From positions 17,390,633-17,454,632 of the forward strand of contig OZ037769.1 of assembly GCA_964035545.1 (NCBI GenBank): DNA of 64,000 bases, written 5' to 3'. The translations under genes and the position numbers were made by a program. This document shows positions 12,052 to 25,001 of this stretch, in pieces. Each line of letters opens with the position of its first letter. The first letter of the stretch is position 1. The stretch is from Bugula neritina (Eukaryota > Animalia > Bryozoa). The notes beneath the pieces are model-generated. The model did not search any database. It saw only the letters and a list, made by a program, of their open reading frames with translations, and was not told the DNA's origin.

Positions 12052-13602
12052 TATGACCTGTGGCTTTCATTAAGATTTAATCAACATGCTAGGTTTATAT
12101 TTTCTACTTACAGAGGAGCTCTTCTTATCCAAATCTAACATGGCTTTTCACTGAAAGCGCTTTTATTATTTGTATATAAAAGTTATTATGTGATTTGGTG
12201 CTGAAAATATGTTTTAGCCTTTACTGATATTATTGTATTTCACCTCTTACTAAATATACTGAAATAAATACTAAAGTCACAAGACAATACAGACTGTATT
12301 ACTGTCCGCTAAATAGAGATGTTAGTACAGGACATAAACCGGAAATAGATGATCAATAAGAGACAATAATTAATTTTGTTTGAAATTTGTGGGACATTGA
12401 ATGCGGTTTTTATAGTAATATAAATGGGAATACAACTACAACATATAATTATGTTCAAAATAAAACAGTAATTAGTAATTACACAGTTACAGATGGGCAT
12501 AACCACCACATCATGAAACTTTGCAATATTTTTGGACTAATTGACACTATAATATTTTTGATAAATAAAATAAAAGTAACCTAATAATATGATTAATATT
12601 AATTTGAACAAAAATGGATGACGAAATTATCTAACAAATGCTTTTCTAAATTTTCAATTGTTTGAACTATAAACTTTTAAACAATTAAAAAATAGTTGAA
12701 AGCATTATTTTTTACAAATGATAATCAAAACAACATAACATTTTTCCTGTTGGCTTGTAAAACCGACTAATACATCGAAACAGCTAATTCCGGTTTACAG
12801 ACATAGCGGCTCAAGCCCCTTTGCAGTAGTGTGATTGTTTCAAATTTTTTTATTAACTCTTTTTTATTATTTATAATTTGTTGACATATTGTTTAGTTAC
12901 TTTTACAATTGGTTAGTAAATAATCAGTATTTATTAAATTTAGGAGACTAATGTAAAACGTTCACAAAACAAATATTTAAGTAGTAAAACTACAACTATA
13001 ACTGTTCTACTTTTAGTTTTAGTCCTTTGGCTTAGCCCTTACCCTTAGGCTTAGGCCTTAGCTTAGGCTTATAGTTAGAGTTAGTCTCCATATTTTATTT
13101 GGTAAAAGTTAATAGTTATTAGTATTACTACTCTCATGCTCACTCCGGTAATTACATAGTCACAGTGAGTGCGACTGCAAGAGCAAGTATTACAGTCAGG
13201 GTAAGTAAATAGTGATGACTGATGAGTGATAACTAAGTCTAATGTAATTAGTGAAGGTCATTTGATTGAATTTTTTGAAAAATTGACTGACGTATTTTCA
13301 TGTTTAATTATTTCAGCTGAAGTATCAATTTCAAAATGCGTCAAGTGTTGAGCGCTGCATCAACGTGATGATAATGTAGATTGTAAATTTATTAATAGTT
13401 ATGTTGTGATTTTTGCAATTTTTGCAATACTTTTAGGATATAGTAATAGCAATAGGAAAAAGTAACCAATCTCATTCACTTAGAATAATAAATTGTACTA
13501 CTACTAAGAAAAGATGAATAACGACATGGTTTAACGCATATATCTTTCTTGTTAGTATATGCTAGTTACAACTCTTTTAGGGAAATAATCAAATTGATTA
13601 TA

Positions 13603-15261
13603 ATGAAAACCCTGGGGAAGTTTGTGCAGACTGTGATATTGCTGAGCGCACAGTATGCTAGTCTGTCAAAGTCAGCTGAGCACGTAGTAGCAGTGTATGA
13701 ACATGCTCACATCAGTGGGCCAGCAGCAACTAGAGAAGAAGCTCTGGAGATCATGAGGTCTAATGCTGAGATATATAGAGAGCAGATCAGTATAGCTAGG
13801 TCAAAGGTAGCTGCCAGAACTTTGTATGAGTATGAGCTAGCTGATTTGTGGGTTAACTAGTCAGTTAGTTAGTCAGTTGCTAGTCATAACAACATTGTGT
13901 TAAAAGCTTAACTCATCAGGTCTAAGTAGTTGTGTTGATTTCAGGGTGCGGAGTTGATTGTATTTCCTGAATACGGTCTGGTAGGAAGTATTCCTGGTGG
14001 AGATGAATACAGATCTAGTCTGTACCCCTTTGTGGAGACAATTCCCGATATTGGAGCAGATGAGTCATGTATGAGCTGTGACTCATATCAGACAGGAAGT
14101 GAGACTGTGAACTATATCTCATCTTTAGCTAGAAACTACAGCATGTATGTAGCAGTCAACCTGTTAGAGAGGGTAGAGTGTGACAATGTGAGTGGATGTC
14201 CATTTGGTGACGGTATGCTTATATATAATACTAACGTTATATTCAACCCTAAAGGGTGTATTGTAGCCAAGTATCATAAGTATCACATGTGGGGAAATGA
14301 GAAACATACGATTGATAGACCCCTAAGCCCCGAGTATGTTTTTATAGATACTCCACTAGGTAGGCTGGGAACTTTTATATGCTTTGACGCAGCTTTTAAG
14401 GAACCAAGTTCAACTCTAATCAATAAATACAATGTAGATACTATTCTATTTCCAACTCTGTGGACAATGCTCAATGCTAGCACCAGACTTTACCAGAACA
14501 TCATAGAATATTCCTCAGGGTTTGCTCGCCGTCACAATGTCAACTTCCTTGCCGCAAACATAAGAGACCACAGTCAGAATTGTTACGGTAGCGCCATTTC
14601 AACATCAACTGGAATTGCTAATGCATATTATGATCCACAAAACACCAAAGGAAGGTTGCTATTGGCTAAGATACCATCCACGTCAAATGAAAGGGTACAG
14701 AACAAGTATCTGCATCATATCAATACAGAGTTCAATACGCCTGCTGACTTCCATGTAGTCACTCCACCTGACGGCCGGGACTACCACGTAAACCCATTGG
14801 ATAAGACGAGTGACACGGTAGAAGTGTGTTATGATCAACTCTGCTGTAAAGTTGAATATGAGAATAAAACTGGTTCGGACACGATGATACTTGCCGCCTA
14901 CAGCGGCCTCTTGCTGAAGAATGACTCGCCATTTTCTCTCAGCTTAGAGGTTTGTCTGCTGCAGACGTGTAAAGGTGAGTCATATGACTCATGCTTTCAC
15001 TTCCCGATAGCTGAGAGTGACATCAGATTCAGTCACATCCGGGTATCCGGTCACTTCGTGTCCTCCTATGTCTACCCAATGGTGGTGAGCTCGGGATATG
15101 AGGTGGCGGGATTTGATTGGTCATACAGATATTCAGGGGAATATAACGAAATCGAGATGGAGGATAGTGATTGGTCAATCCAGAGCGCGGCTTTACAAAC
15201 AATAACTGATAGTGAGACTGAACCAGTATGTGAATCACACAACCAACAATGCAGCAGATGA
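13603..15261 (+). CDS. Biotinidase/vanin (pantetheinase) family secreted amidase; exons 13603-13806, 13945-15261
   Basis: Signal-peptide-like N-terminus; VAVYEH; SK|GAELIVFPEYG (catalytic E), AKYHK (K), FICFD (C); YNTNVIF; Cys-rich Vanin_C-like domain (VCYDQLCC, LEVCLLQTC). Confidence 0.9.
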
Positions 15262-15529
15262 CAGTCTGTAATCTCAATTCGAATGCCAACATATCGAAAC
15301 TTTTTTATATTCTCTGAAGTTTGTATTCAAGTGACAATTAGTTGTGTTTACTAAATTTGTTAAAGTTTATTTTTCTATTTTATTTAAAATAAATAATTAT
15401 TTTCAAGCAGAGACCCATTTAATAATAATTTAAAATATACAAATCTAACTCATTCCCTGTTCCTCAGTCAAATAGACTGTTCTATTATGTGTTACTTCAC
15501 TTCAGACACTTGATAATATCCCCAGTATT

Positions 15530-18500
15530 CTATTGACCTGACTTTCCTGCTCTCAGTGAAGATCTTCTCTAAAGAAAATGAAATAATTATTTAGGGAAAT
15601 ATTTTAGTTGAATTATGGTAATTTAAAATGTCTTTCCCACTATCAGATTACTTAAGTCTTTATTTGCTATGCGTTTTATAATGTATAATAGTATAAAGTC
15701 GTATTATATGATATATATGAGGCAGTACACACCGTATATATATATATATGTATGAATAGTATTTAGGTACACTGCATTATAATAGCGGCTATTATTAGGT
15801 CAACGTTACTGTGAATTATGTGAACCCCTGGTAACACCATCTTCTAGCTACTAATTATCTCACCTCAATCTTAGCCTCTCCCGTTGATTTACGTCTTCGA
15901 TGGATAAACATGGAGGAGCTTCTCTTCCTCCCACCTACAATATACATCTACTAGTTGTAACGTACATTTACTAGTTGTAACGTACATCTACTAGTTGTAA
16001 AGTACTGTATAACATCTACTAGTTGTAACGTACATCTACTAGTTGTAACGTACATCTACTAGTTGTAACGTACATCTACTAGTTGTAACGTACATCTACT
16101 AGTTGTAACGTACATCTACTAGTTGTAACGTACATCTACTAGTTGTAACGTACATCTACTAGTTGTAACGTACATCTACTAGTTGTAACGTACATCTACT
16201 AGTTGTAACGTACATTTACTAGTTGTAACGTACATCTACTAGTTGTAAAGTACTGTATAACATCTACTAGTTGTAACGTACATCTACTAGTTGTAACGTA
16301 CATCTACTAGTTGTAACGTACATCTACTAGTTGTAACGTACATCTACTAGTTGTAACGTACATCTACTAGTTGTAAAGTACTGTATAACATCTACTAGTT
16401 GTAACCTACTGTATAACATCTACTAGTTGTAACGTACTGTATAACATCTACTAGTTGTAACGTACTGTATAACATCTACTAGTTGCAACGTACTGTATAA
16501 CATCTACTAGTTGTAACGTACTGTAACGTACATCTACTAGTTGTAACGTAAAGATACTTAGACTATTTATTATACACAAGTAGGAGTAGCCTGTGGTACT
16601 CTGCTATCAGTGCAGTAGTTGTACCCACCCTCTGATGTCTTTCCTTTAGTTTTATCTTGATAACTGACCCCAAGTTGGACATCATTGCACTTAGCAACAG
16701 GGTGTGACCCAGCAACCGACTGTGATCTGTAACACAGCAATGTGTTAATTACATGTTGTCAGATTCTCTCTATCATAGTCATTAAGTCTCCCCTCTAAGC
16801 TAGCAGGTATCATTTCTGAGCTCCTGCTTATAGAGAACCGACTATTCTGTAACAGCCACGTTGCGTTGCCGTGTAAACAGATGAACATGGCATTAAAGGT
16901 GAACAATAAACCACATACTAGAATAAATACAGTTTTTATTAAGTATAAAGCAAAATAAACGGCTGAAAAAAACATCGCTTCAAAAATGTGCTGAAACTAG
17001 AAAAGTAAATCAAATCTCATTCCCTTGAAAAACTTTTTTCAACCATGATTTAAAGAATAGAAAATTTGTGTGTGCTAATATTATGACCTCTTTTCATTTT
17101 CAATAAACATTCTTTCATGGATGAATACGTTTCAGCTTATTGTCTATTACTGATCATCCACTCTCAAATAATTTACCTGACATTCTATATTAATTTATCT
17201 GAAGTTATGCCTCCAAATGACACTGCACACATTTATCTAATGTTAATGACAACACAGAGCATCTACTGAATACTAGTGCTCTATGAGTAAGTAACCTAGG
17301 TCTAACTTACATTTCTTCTGTTGCAATGACCTCATTCGGAGATGGAGCTACTTTTTGTTGAGTTTTGCGTGTCAACAGCCTCCAGAATCTTGAGTCTTTC
17401 AACTTGCTCTTTTCTTTCGTCTGGGGTTTCCTTTTCACGGATGGATCATCTGGCAGTTGGGTTTCTGACTGTAGATGAGTCATTGCAGCAGAGTGAGGTT
17501 CAGAAAGATAGAGTGAGGTCCGTGGTTGCAACTCATCTTGTACCAGGGCAGCTTCATCTTTTTGGGTCTCGTCTCGTAGTTGAAGTGGTTCTTGTGACTC
17601 ATCTTTCAGCCGAGACTCGACATTCACTTGACCTTCATCTACTTGAGACTCTGTGTGTTGGCGGCCATCTTGCTGCTGAATCTCAGGTATATGAGACACG
17701 GCTTTTCCTAAATCTTGTGGTAAACTCTGTAACGGAGGGGAGACGTCTGGTTGGCGGCTACTTTGAGTTCTCTGGTCGTCTTGTATATGAGACGAGACTT
17801 GCGTTAGTTCATCTTGTGGCTGAGGGAAAACACGTTTCTGCCGGGACTTATCTTGCTGCTTACACTTGGCTTGCAGTAAGAAGATGGCCAACGCAAGTGT
17901 GTACTTAAACAGAACCGAAGTCCAGCTCAGGAAGCTGACAAATCTAAAACAGACAGCAAACATTAAACACAGTACAAGTTGAGATTGAAATGTACATCCA
18001 TCACTTATGGCTTCTGTATACTTCTATAATTCTACATGTGTTGAAAATATTTCTACACTTCTACGTGTGTTGAAAATACTTCTACAATTCCACATGTGTT
18101 GAAAATACTTCTACAATTCCACATGTTTTGAAAATATTTCTACAATTCCACACACAGTTGGTTTAAGGTCATACTTTTCATTTTCTGGCTCTTTGCCAGG
18201 TGCTTTATGTTCTATATGAACAATGTTCCACTGATAGCTCGAACAGGTTGAATGTCACAGGAACAAAAAAAATATGAAAAGATAAAGAAACTTATGTTCT
18301 CCAATATACTTTTTTATTTTTTTCAAAAGCCAATTCATGTTTAAGTTATAGCTTGTTGAAAAACATAGTCCCCCTTCCACATTCTTTTCAATTTATACGC
18401 TCCTGACTTGTTATTGTGTCTCAATATGCCTTGTATTTGAGTGCTTGTTAGTCTCGCTTCACTAACTTTGCCTATACTTCACAAGTGCCAGTGCTGCTGG

Positions 18501-20885
18501 CTCAAAAGCTAAATGTTATAAACTGTCAGCTAAAACCCAATCTTGTATTCCTAGGTTGGTTGGCCTAAATAAAACAATAGTCAAATCATGATTTCATGTT
18601 TTAAAAATTTACTCTATTCTAACCTGCTGCCTAGCTAGTTCTATTTTTGATGTATAATTACAAAATTTGTGATACATTTTTTTGGCAACCATGTAATTTA
18701 TAAAATGCAGTAATGGTACTTATAATATTATATTATTATCATTATAATATATTATATAGTATTATGTGTGTTTTTATTATACTGCATAATATCTATTTTA
18801 TTATTGTTGTTGTGCAAACAAGTGCAATTAACCTAGTTTTCAAAATGTACCTCTAAATTATCAGAATATCAGTTTAGATATTTTCATGCTTTGTAAGGTA
18901 AACCTAAAAAAAGAGGCTGTATTCCCAAAGTAAAGGGTGTTGAACTATGAACTATATTAGATTAGCCACTCTGCTACCAAGTGCATCAGTATAATATTAT
19001 ATGAATAGCTCTGATGCTTTGTCTCCGGTGGCTGGCTGCGATATGATAACTTGGCCAACTTCCAAGAGTTTAAAATTGGCGCAATTATTCAAGAGGTTAC
19101 ATACTGCACAGAGCTAGCAGTGATAGTAACCTTGCTATTGGCAGTACTTATTACAACTGCCAGCATATAAGCTGCATTGTAGAATGCCGTTGGGGCAGGC
19201 TAGTAAAACCAAATTCTGCTCTCTAATATACCTTAGACAAAATGCAGCAACATAATTTTTAGTTTCAAATTACATTTGCCACCCTTACATGAGCTGTGGG
19301 CTTCATAAAGATTCATATGATTAGAGATTTATGCTATAGGCCCTATCTGTGCTAGTGTATGATGAAAATAACACACCATTGTCAAAGTTAACTTCAAGTA
19401 TGTTGTTTTCCAGAAACTCAGTAATGTCCATTTATCTCTCGCATACAAATACTTATGTAATACCATACAGTTTAAGTTTTATTTTAGAGCACATCTGCAA
19501 ACTCTACAATAAGAGCTTGCTTTACCAGTCTATTTCAGACCTGTTTTTGTAGCTAGTAATACGCAAGCTACTTATTTTTAAACTTTTGGGTTATTTGTTC
19601 AAAACCATTAGCTTTGCTAGTAACCCATACTATTGCAACAGTTGACTGCTATCAACATGAATTGACAGCCTAATAATTATAACCCTTTTGCGCGCGAAAT
19701 ATTTATGTAATGATAGTTACTCATATAGTGCGCGTCTTATTAATGATGACTGCGTGGTCTAGAGGTTAGAGGCGTCAGCGAGGAGTTAGTTGGTTATGGT
19801 TCAACCCTGTTTTGTCGCAATTTTTTTTGTCAACTTATGCAAATCCTACGCATGTATAATAAATATGGCTATAATTGTAAAGTTTTTTTTAACTTTTGTT
19901 CAACAGTAAGACAACATACATGCATAATAATTAGATACTGAACAGTGGACTAAACCTTAAATTGATCTTATAGAATACAATGTACTTAAAATAATCATAT
20001 GTGAATTAGAGAAACTGAAAGTACACCTGCTGCTCTATAGACAGACCTTTACTGACAAGACTGCAAAGTGAAGTGATTTAGCTGAAATTAACTCTGCCAA
20101 ACAAACAAAGAATTATGTTGTGCTGAGGCATTTTCAATATATTATTGTAACATAGTGAGATGATTCAGCTAAGTGCTAATGTAAAACAGGGAACATTATA
20201 TTGGCAGAAATCCAATAGACTGCCAATTTGTGCGAGAGGGTACTATATGTTATTGTGATAGCGCAGAGCGGCAAACGTACTAGGAATGTTATAATTAGTC
20301 ACAGGAGCGTAGCTAGAACCACCCTATGAAGAATTTAGAAAATTGCAGTGAAACTTGCAAAATGGTGTATGTTTTTACCAAATTGTGAAGAGCATAAACA
20401 GAATTTCAAAAAACAAAGAAAGTATATTAGAGAAAACATATCAAGGAATGTCAAGTTTAACTTTTATACTTTATAAAATGAATCCCCTGTGCTACAGCAG
20501 TGGAACATGGAGGGTGTAAAATTTTACTTATTATGCAACAACTTTCTCAAAAAAATTTTTATTGAGAAATTAAAAAAGTATATGAAAGAGGAATGCAAGA
20601 GCTATCTTTTCATGTAAAATTTGTTAATGTGAGACAAAAACTGTTCGAGCTATCCCCTGGAAACCGTTTATATATAACATAAAGCAGTGCCTGAATCTGG
20701 AAAGTAATGACCTTAAACCAACTGTGCATGTGTTGAAAATACTTCTACACTTCTACATGTGTTGAAAATACTTCTACAATTCCACATGTGTTGAAAATAT
20801 TTCTACAATTCCACATGTGTTGAAAATACTTCTAAACTTCTACATGTGTTGAAAATACTTACATATCTCCTATTAACCCCACCAT
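15530..20885 (-). CDS. Uncharacterised protein with N-terminal hydrophobic segment and Q/E/S-rich, basic tail; exons about 20885-20863, 17943-17311, 16727-16630, 15934-15864, 15568-15530
   Basis: Five GT-AG exons join in frame: MVGLIGDI|FVSFLSWTSVLFKYTLALAIFLLQAKCK...TEEI|SQSVAGSH...SE|GGRKRSSSMF...IE|RRSSLRAGKSGQ*. No recognisable domain. Confidence 0.6.
15944..16550 (+). repeat. 20-bp minisatellite (ACATCTACTAGTTGTAACGT) abutting a minus-strand acceptor
   Basis: Directly visible, with 28-29 bp variant units. Confidence 0.95.
18020..20862. repeat. 29-bp minisatellite (ACATGTGTTGAAAATACTTCTACAATTCC) split by the transposon into 18020-18152 and 20727-20862
   Basis: Same unit on both sides of the TIRs; the right end coincides with the minus-strand donor GTAAGTATTTTC. 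Confidence 0.85.
18153..20726. mobile_element. Non-autonomous DNA transposon, CMC/EnSpm-like (CACAG termini, 2-bp CA target-site duplication)
   Basis: Perfect 20-bp TIR CACAGTTGGTTTAAGGTCAT (18153-18172 / 20707-20726), extended imperfectly for about 150-200 bp (TGCTTTATGTT, GATAGCTCGAACAG, ATGAAAAGATA, ATATACTTTTTTA on both ends). It interrupts repeat unit AATTCCA-CA-TGTGTTG with CA duplicated. No transposase ORF. Confidence 0.85.
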
Positions 20886-22466
20886 AGTCTAACTCATGAA
20901 AACCAGGATGTGGAAATAATCTGCAAAAATCAGTAACAGCAAAAATGAAAGAATTTTTATGGGGAATAAACTTTGCTGTAGGACATTCTAAAAGTAACGG
21001 GATTTGGTCTGCGGCAGCTGAGAGCTACAATATTCCGTATATTAGGTGTTAGAGTAGTGTGGCTTAAGCGTGCTGATAGCTTTTATATAACTAAAACAAT
21101 TTATTCCAACTAATTGCAAGCTTTTCCTTATTACTCAGCGAGCTGTAAGAATATATAACTACTATCTACAAGTCACAGGAGAAAGTCTAGATTCTGATTA
21201 CTTGGAACAAAATTGACTCATTGACACAGGAAATAGGAGATAAATACTTACTGAGAGGTGTTAGTTTCCTTAGTACACAGTACTTCACCCTACAGCGTCT
21301 AGACTAGAGTGTATGTTGTAGACTAGAGAGTAACACTGACTGAAACTCTAAGTTATATAATACCTGAGGGGGCAGGTGATATCTATAATTATATTGTTTG
21401 TGTAAATACAATGACCCCTTGATTGTGTTATTGAAAGGTATACATAGAGGAGATATATTATACCAGGGTTCTACAGTCTTAGCCTCGGCACTATTATGAG
21501 TATGTACGTTGAGTAAGACAACTCCAAGAGAGCATTGGTACAGCACTTGTTTGGAGTTGTATACTCACATGTTGGAGTTGTGAAGTCTCGTAATAATGCA
21601 GTGTTAGAGACGTGAAGGATAATCTATATAGATGTAGGCTGTAGCTACATTATCTACAGAAAGTATAACTATATATAGCGGCTGAGTAGTCATTGTAACA
21701 TCAAAGCTTTATTTATTGCACAAGCTGTCTATTTTTCAATTTCACAAATTTTCCTTTTATTGGCCAACAGCCCAACAAAAAAATAACTTTTAACAAAATC
21801 ATTACGTTCTAATTTTTACGATAATCAAGAATATTTGCAATTATGTATTTGAAAAATGTACAATTACATAATACATATAAGCATAAAAATATATTCATTT
21901 CACTGAATAATTATTTAAGATGTAAAACAATTGTTACAAATAGACCAAATTAACATCATTTATATAAATATTTTTAACATATGAAGAAGGTATAAATTAC
22001 CTACTATATAGTATATACTATAAATATTATTATGGGAAGTGACCACCTGGGAACTATAAATTAGATGTGGAAACAACTCCAAACAAACTAATAGCTAGTA
22101 AATCTGTTACAAGAAACTCTGCAGCTAAACCCCAACTTTATGAAACAGTAGAAGATAACTTCACTTGCCTTCTCACACAATAATATAATAACATGAAAGC
22201 CATGGCATTACATTTGGTAGAAAAACCTATCAAGACTATAATAACTTCTAAAATATAAACAGAATAAAATAATACAAATAAATACTATATTTAAATGCTT
22301 TAGTAATAAAAGAGTATAAAGCTAAAAGCACCATATGCTGTATCTAATCACAATAATATATTAAAACAATAATATATAGATTAATAAACTACTTAGTATA
22401 TTCAACTACATAGAGTAGGGGACATAAGGTTCCCTACCGAGTACTAGGGGGGGGGGGGGAGTTAGC

Positions 22467-24367
22467 CTAACAACTGGGTGCTGACTGAGAAGAGTTGGGG
22501 GTACGTGACAGCAGCCCCACATCCTGAAAGCACTTCTGAGCATAGTCTCTCCAGTTCTGGTTAGCCGTGGGATTCTGAGGACTCGGATGCAGGAGGTAGT
22601 ATTGTCTGTGCGGTAGACGGGCCACCTGACAAGCTCGACGGATTCCCTCTTCCGAGAAGCGGCCGATCCCGACGAGACTGTGGCATTCTGGGAAGAGACG
22701 GATAGACTGAGCGAGAGCCTCGTCACAGAGGGACTGGAGAGGACGGCGGGCGGAGGCTGGCAGCTCACTCGGGGTGAAGTTCTTACCTGAGGAGACAGTA
22801 TGAGGGAGTAAGGTAAGTATATACTTACAGTATGCGGGAGTAAGGTAAGTGTATACTTACAGTATGCGGGAGAAAGGTAAGTACATACTTACAGTATGAG
22901 GGGAGAGTAAGGTAATATTTACTTACAGAAGTACGTTGCACACAGAGGAAAGTCACTGTATATGAAAGACAAGTCATACCTGAAGCCACTATGAATGAGA
23001 GGGGACAGTAGTTGTAGATGAAGCACCTGTCAAACAACTGCGAGGGGGTGTCAAAGTTCTCCCTGAAGAAACTCCACAGTCTACTTCCACTCACCTGCAA
23101 CACAACTTCTGACATGTCATTCTGATATATCTGACATGTCACCCTGATATATCTGACATGTCATTCTGATATATCTGACATGTCATTCTGATATATCTGA
23201 CATGTATGTAGGGTCACTCTGATATATCTACCTAACCAACATCTGTATGCTAGAGTACTTGTGAATTATACTGCGTATACAGCATGTATACAACAGCATT
23301 TAGTTATTGGAAAAACCGGTGCAAAGTTTGTAAGATTGATGCGTACAACAGAGTGTCCTATAGTTGAGTAACATAAGTGCTCATGATCTCGCGCTATGTA
23401 CCTCGCTGAGTGGACACTGAAACCCTGTAACTGGTCGCTTCTCATGCGTACTTCTGGGAGTCCCCACCTCTTCGTTAATCATCATCCACTTGCTTACAGT
23501 GTTCACTTCACCAAATGGAACCTGGAACATTCCGAGGACACTTTACAGATGAAGCGCTAAAGTGGCTTCAGATATTATGACTACCCCTAGAATTTAGAGA
23601 ACAGATGACAAGATATTTCACACAATAAAACTCACGCCGGTTTGAGCCATTCCCCGAGGTCCGGGATTCATTCCAACCAGAAGCACCTGAGCAGAGGTAT
23701 TACAGAACTTCCTGTAGTACTCCATGTGAGGCTTGTAGGCATAGTCTACGGGGTTGTAGATGTGAGTGACCTTGTTCCCGTAGTCTAACTCCATCAACTT
23801 ATGAGCAAGTCGCGTCTCTATATCTAACAACTGAGATGCTAGAGGATTGAGTGAATACAGTTTCCTGATCTCAGACAGTCTCATGTTAATGTCATAGGTT
23901 TCAGATCGGTCCAACATGCGAGATGAATTTACAGAGACAGTCGGGTGTATCGGGGCAGCTGAAGGGTTTACTGACGGAATATGTGAATACTTGGGAACAT
24001 TAGCCGGCACTGAGGTCTTGAAGTCACACATTTGACTTGCCGGATAAGATAGAAAAGTCGCCTGCGAAAACTCCATAGCATCTGACAGTTGACTAGATAA
24101 GACATGAGTTTCAGATGGTGCTATGGCCTCCTGTTTGAAATGGACAGGTAGCTGAGACTGACTACTATATGAACTCGGCTCATTATAGGCGCCATATAAA
24201 GCTTCATCATATTTATTTTCTTGCTTAATCAATGGAACATATTGTGAAGGATAATTGGTTTGAGAAGTTATAGCAGGACTAGATGATAAACTAGTTATCT
24301 CTTGCTTTACAGATACATGCTGACTTTGCTGACCAGTATAGTCAGGCTCTTTCAAGGTACTATACAT
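22467..24367 (-). CDS. SMUG1: SMUG1-like uracil-DNA glycosylase, copy B, with long N-terminal extension; exons 24367-23636, 23521-23402, 23094-22980, 22786-22467
   Basis: IYNPVDYA..GMNPGPRGMAQTG|VPFGEV..HEKRPVTGFQCPLSE|VSGSRLW..CFIYNYCPL..G|KNFTPSELP..LLHPSPQNPTANQNW. Confidence 0.9.
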
Positions 24368-25001
24368 CTACAACAGAGAGGGACAGGTTGAAGCCAAGTT
24401 GATATTTAATAAGAAATGAACATCAGTGCTATATAGTGCTAGTGTTGAGAATGTTTTAGTAGAGTAATAACAGTAATTCATAATATTGTTTTTGTTGTCT
24501 TATCATCTTAGATAAGACAACAATCATTACTTCTTAAATACTACTAATGCACTGTGTTTTTTGCAAGATTCTAACCCGAAATAAACATCAGTGAAGCTTA
24601 GTATGAGTCACAATTTTATTGAATAAAACTAGAGCAAAAAACTGGCAAATTTATTTGTAAACTAACCAATAAAAATATAAAAATTACATTATATTTTCTT
24701 GCATCTATAATTTTATGAATAAATTTCAACTGAAGCTTATGGGATGCTATAATAAATATAGACATATAACAATAAGTTTATATATTAAGAATATTGATAT
24801 AAGTTTACATTAGGAATATTGATTGTAAATCTGAGCATAAGTAAAATCGTTTAAAAGGAATGCGTAGGTCTAAAAATTTTGTATTAAAAATATAAACTAT
24901 GACAAAATATTCTAAATTACTATGCATGCTTAGAACAAACTCAAAACAAAAATATCACATTAGTGCTCTAATCATTTCAATATTAAACATTTCAACTAAA
25001 A

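Noticed and set aside
13025-13085. Interstitial telomere (TTAGGC/TTAGGG-like)
   Set aside because: Only a few imperfect units; better explained as part of the drifting-hexamer tract.
17342-17908. 188-aa plus-strand ORF
   Set aside because: Antisense shadow of the minus-strand exon, which has proper splice sites.
19748-19830. tRNA-like sequence (TGGTCTAGAGG ... GGTTCAACCC, then a T-run)
   Set aside because: A/B-box-like motifs are present but I cannot fold a cloverleaf; at most a degenerate SINE head inside the transposon.
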